A stretch of 64,000 nucleotides of DNA from an uncultured Gemmatimonadales bacterium (GTDB lineage Bacteria > Gemmatimonadota > Gemmatimonadetes > Gemmatimonadales > Gemmatimonadaceae): contig CAWKNZ010000002.1 of the NCBI GenBank assembly GCA_963851265.1, forward strand, positions 1,024,001 through 1,088,000, written 5' to 3'. Each line of letters begins with the position of its first letter. The stretch's first letter is position 1. A program made the translations under genes and the position numbers. Of this stretch, positions 64,000 to 64,000 are shown in pieces. The notes below the pieces were generated by a model that did no database searches, was not told the origin of the DNA, and worked only from the letters and a program-made list of their open reading frames with translations.

Positions 64000-64000
64000 G

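Overview
A very GC-rich bacterial chromosome segment, with about 50 genes almost all on the + strand. Gene content and order suggest Gemmatimonadota (inference, not proven). Most of it is housekeeping and envelope function: nucleotide-sugar dehydrogenase, bamD, nadD, secA, radC, rel, uvrB, tsaE-tsaB-rimI, ssb, an epimerase, tolQRAB-pal-cpoB-tatC-lptD, a radical SAM enzyme, TPR proteins, polyprenyl synthase, tatA/B, ppiD, aroQ-peptidase-accBC, ftsK, yraN-recA-recX, alaS, gmhA, cca, rarA and hflX. The right end is a surface-glycan locus (SLBB exporter, co-polymerase, Wzm/Wzt, FkbM methyltransferase, two GT9 paralogues). I found no RNA genes, mobile elements or CRISPR arrays. The most notable observations are: (1) the heptamer GTTAGGC/GCCTAAC is written into genes with otherwise rare TTA/CTA codons; (2) hflX has no canonical start codon and appears to start at ATC behind a Shine-Dalgarno-like sequence; (3) an uncharacterised gene between recX and alaS carries two diverged HTH-like units separated by a -1 frameshift; (4) a perfect 50-bp palindrome follows secA; (5) the two GT9 paralogues share an altered donor-binding motif. 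All counts were made by eye and no database searches were run.
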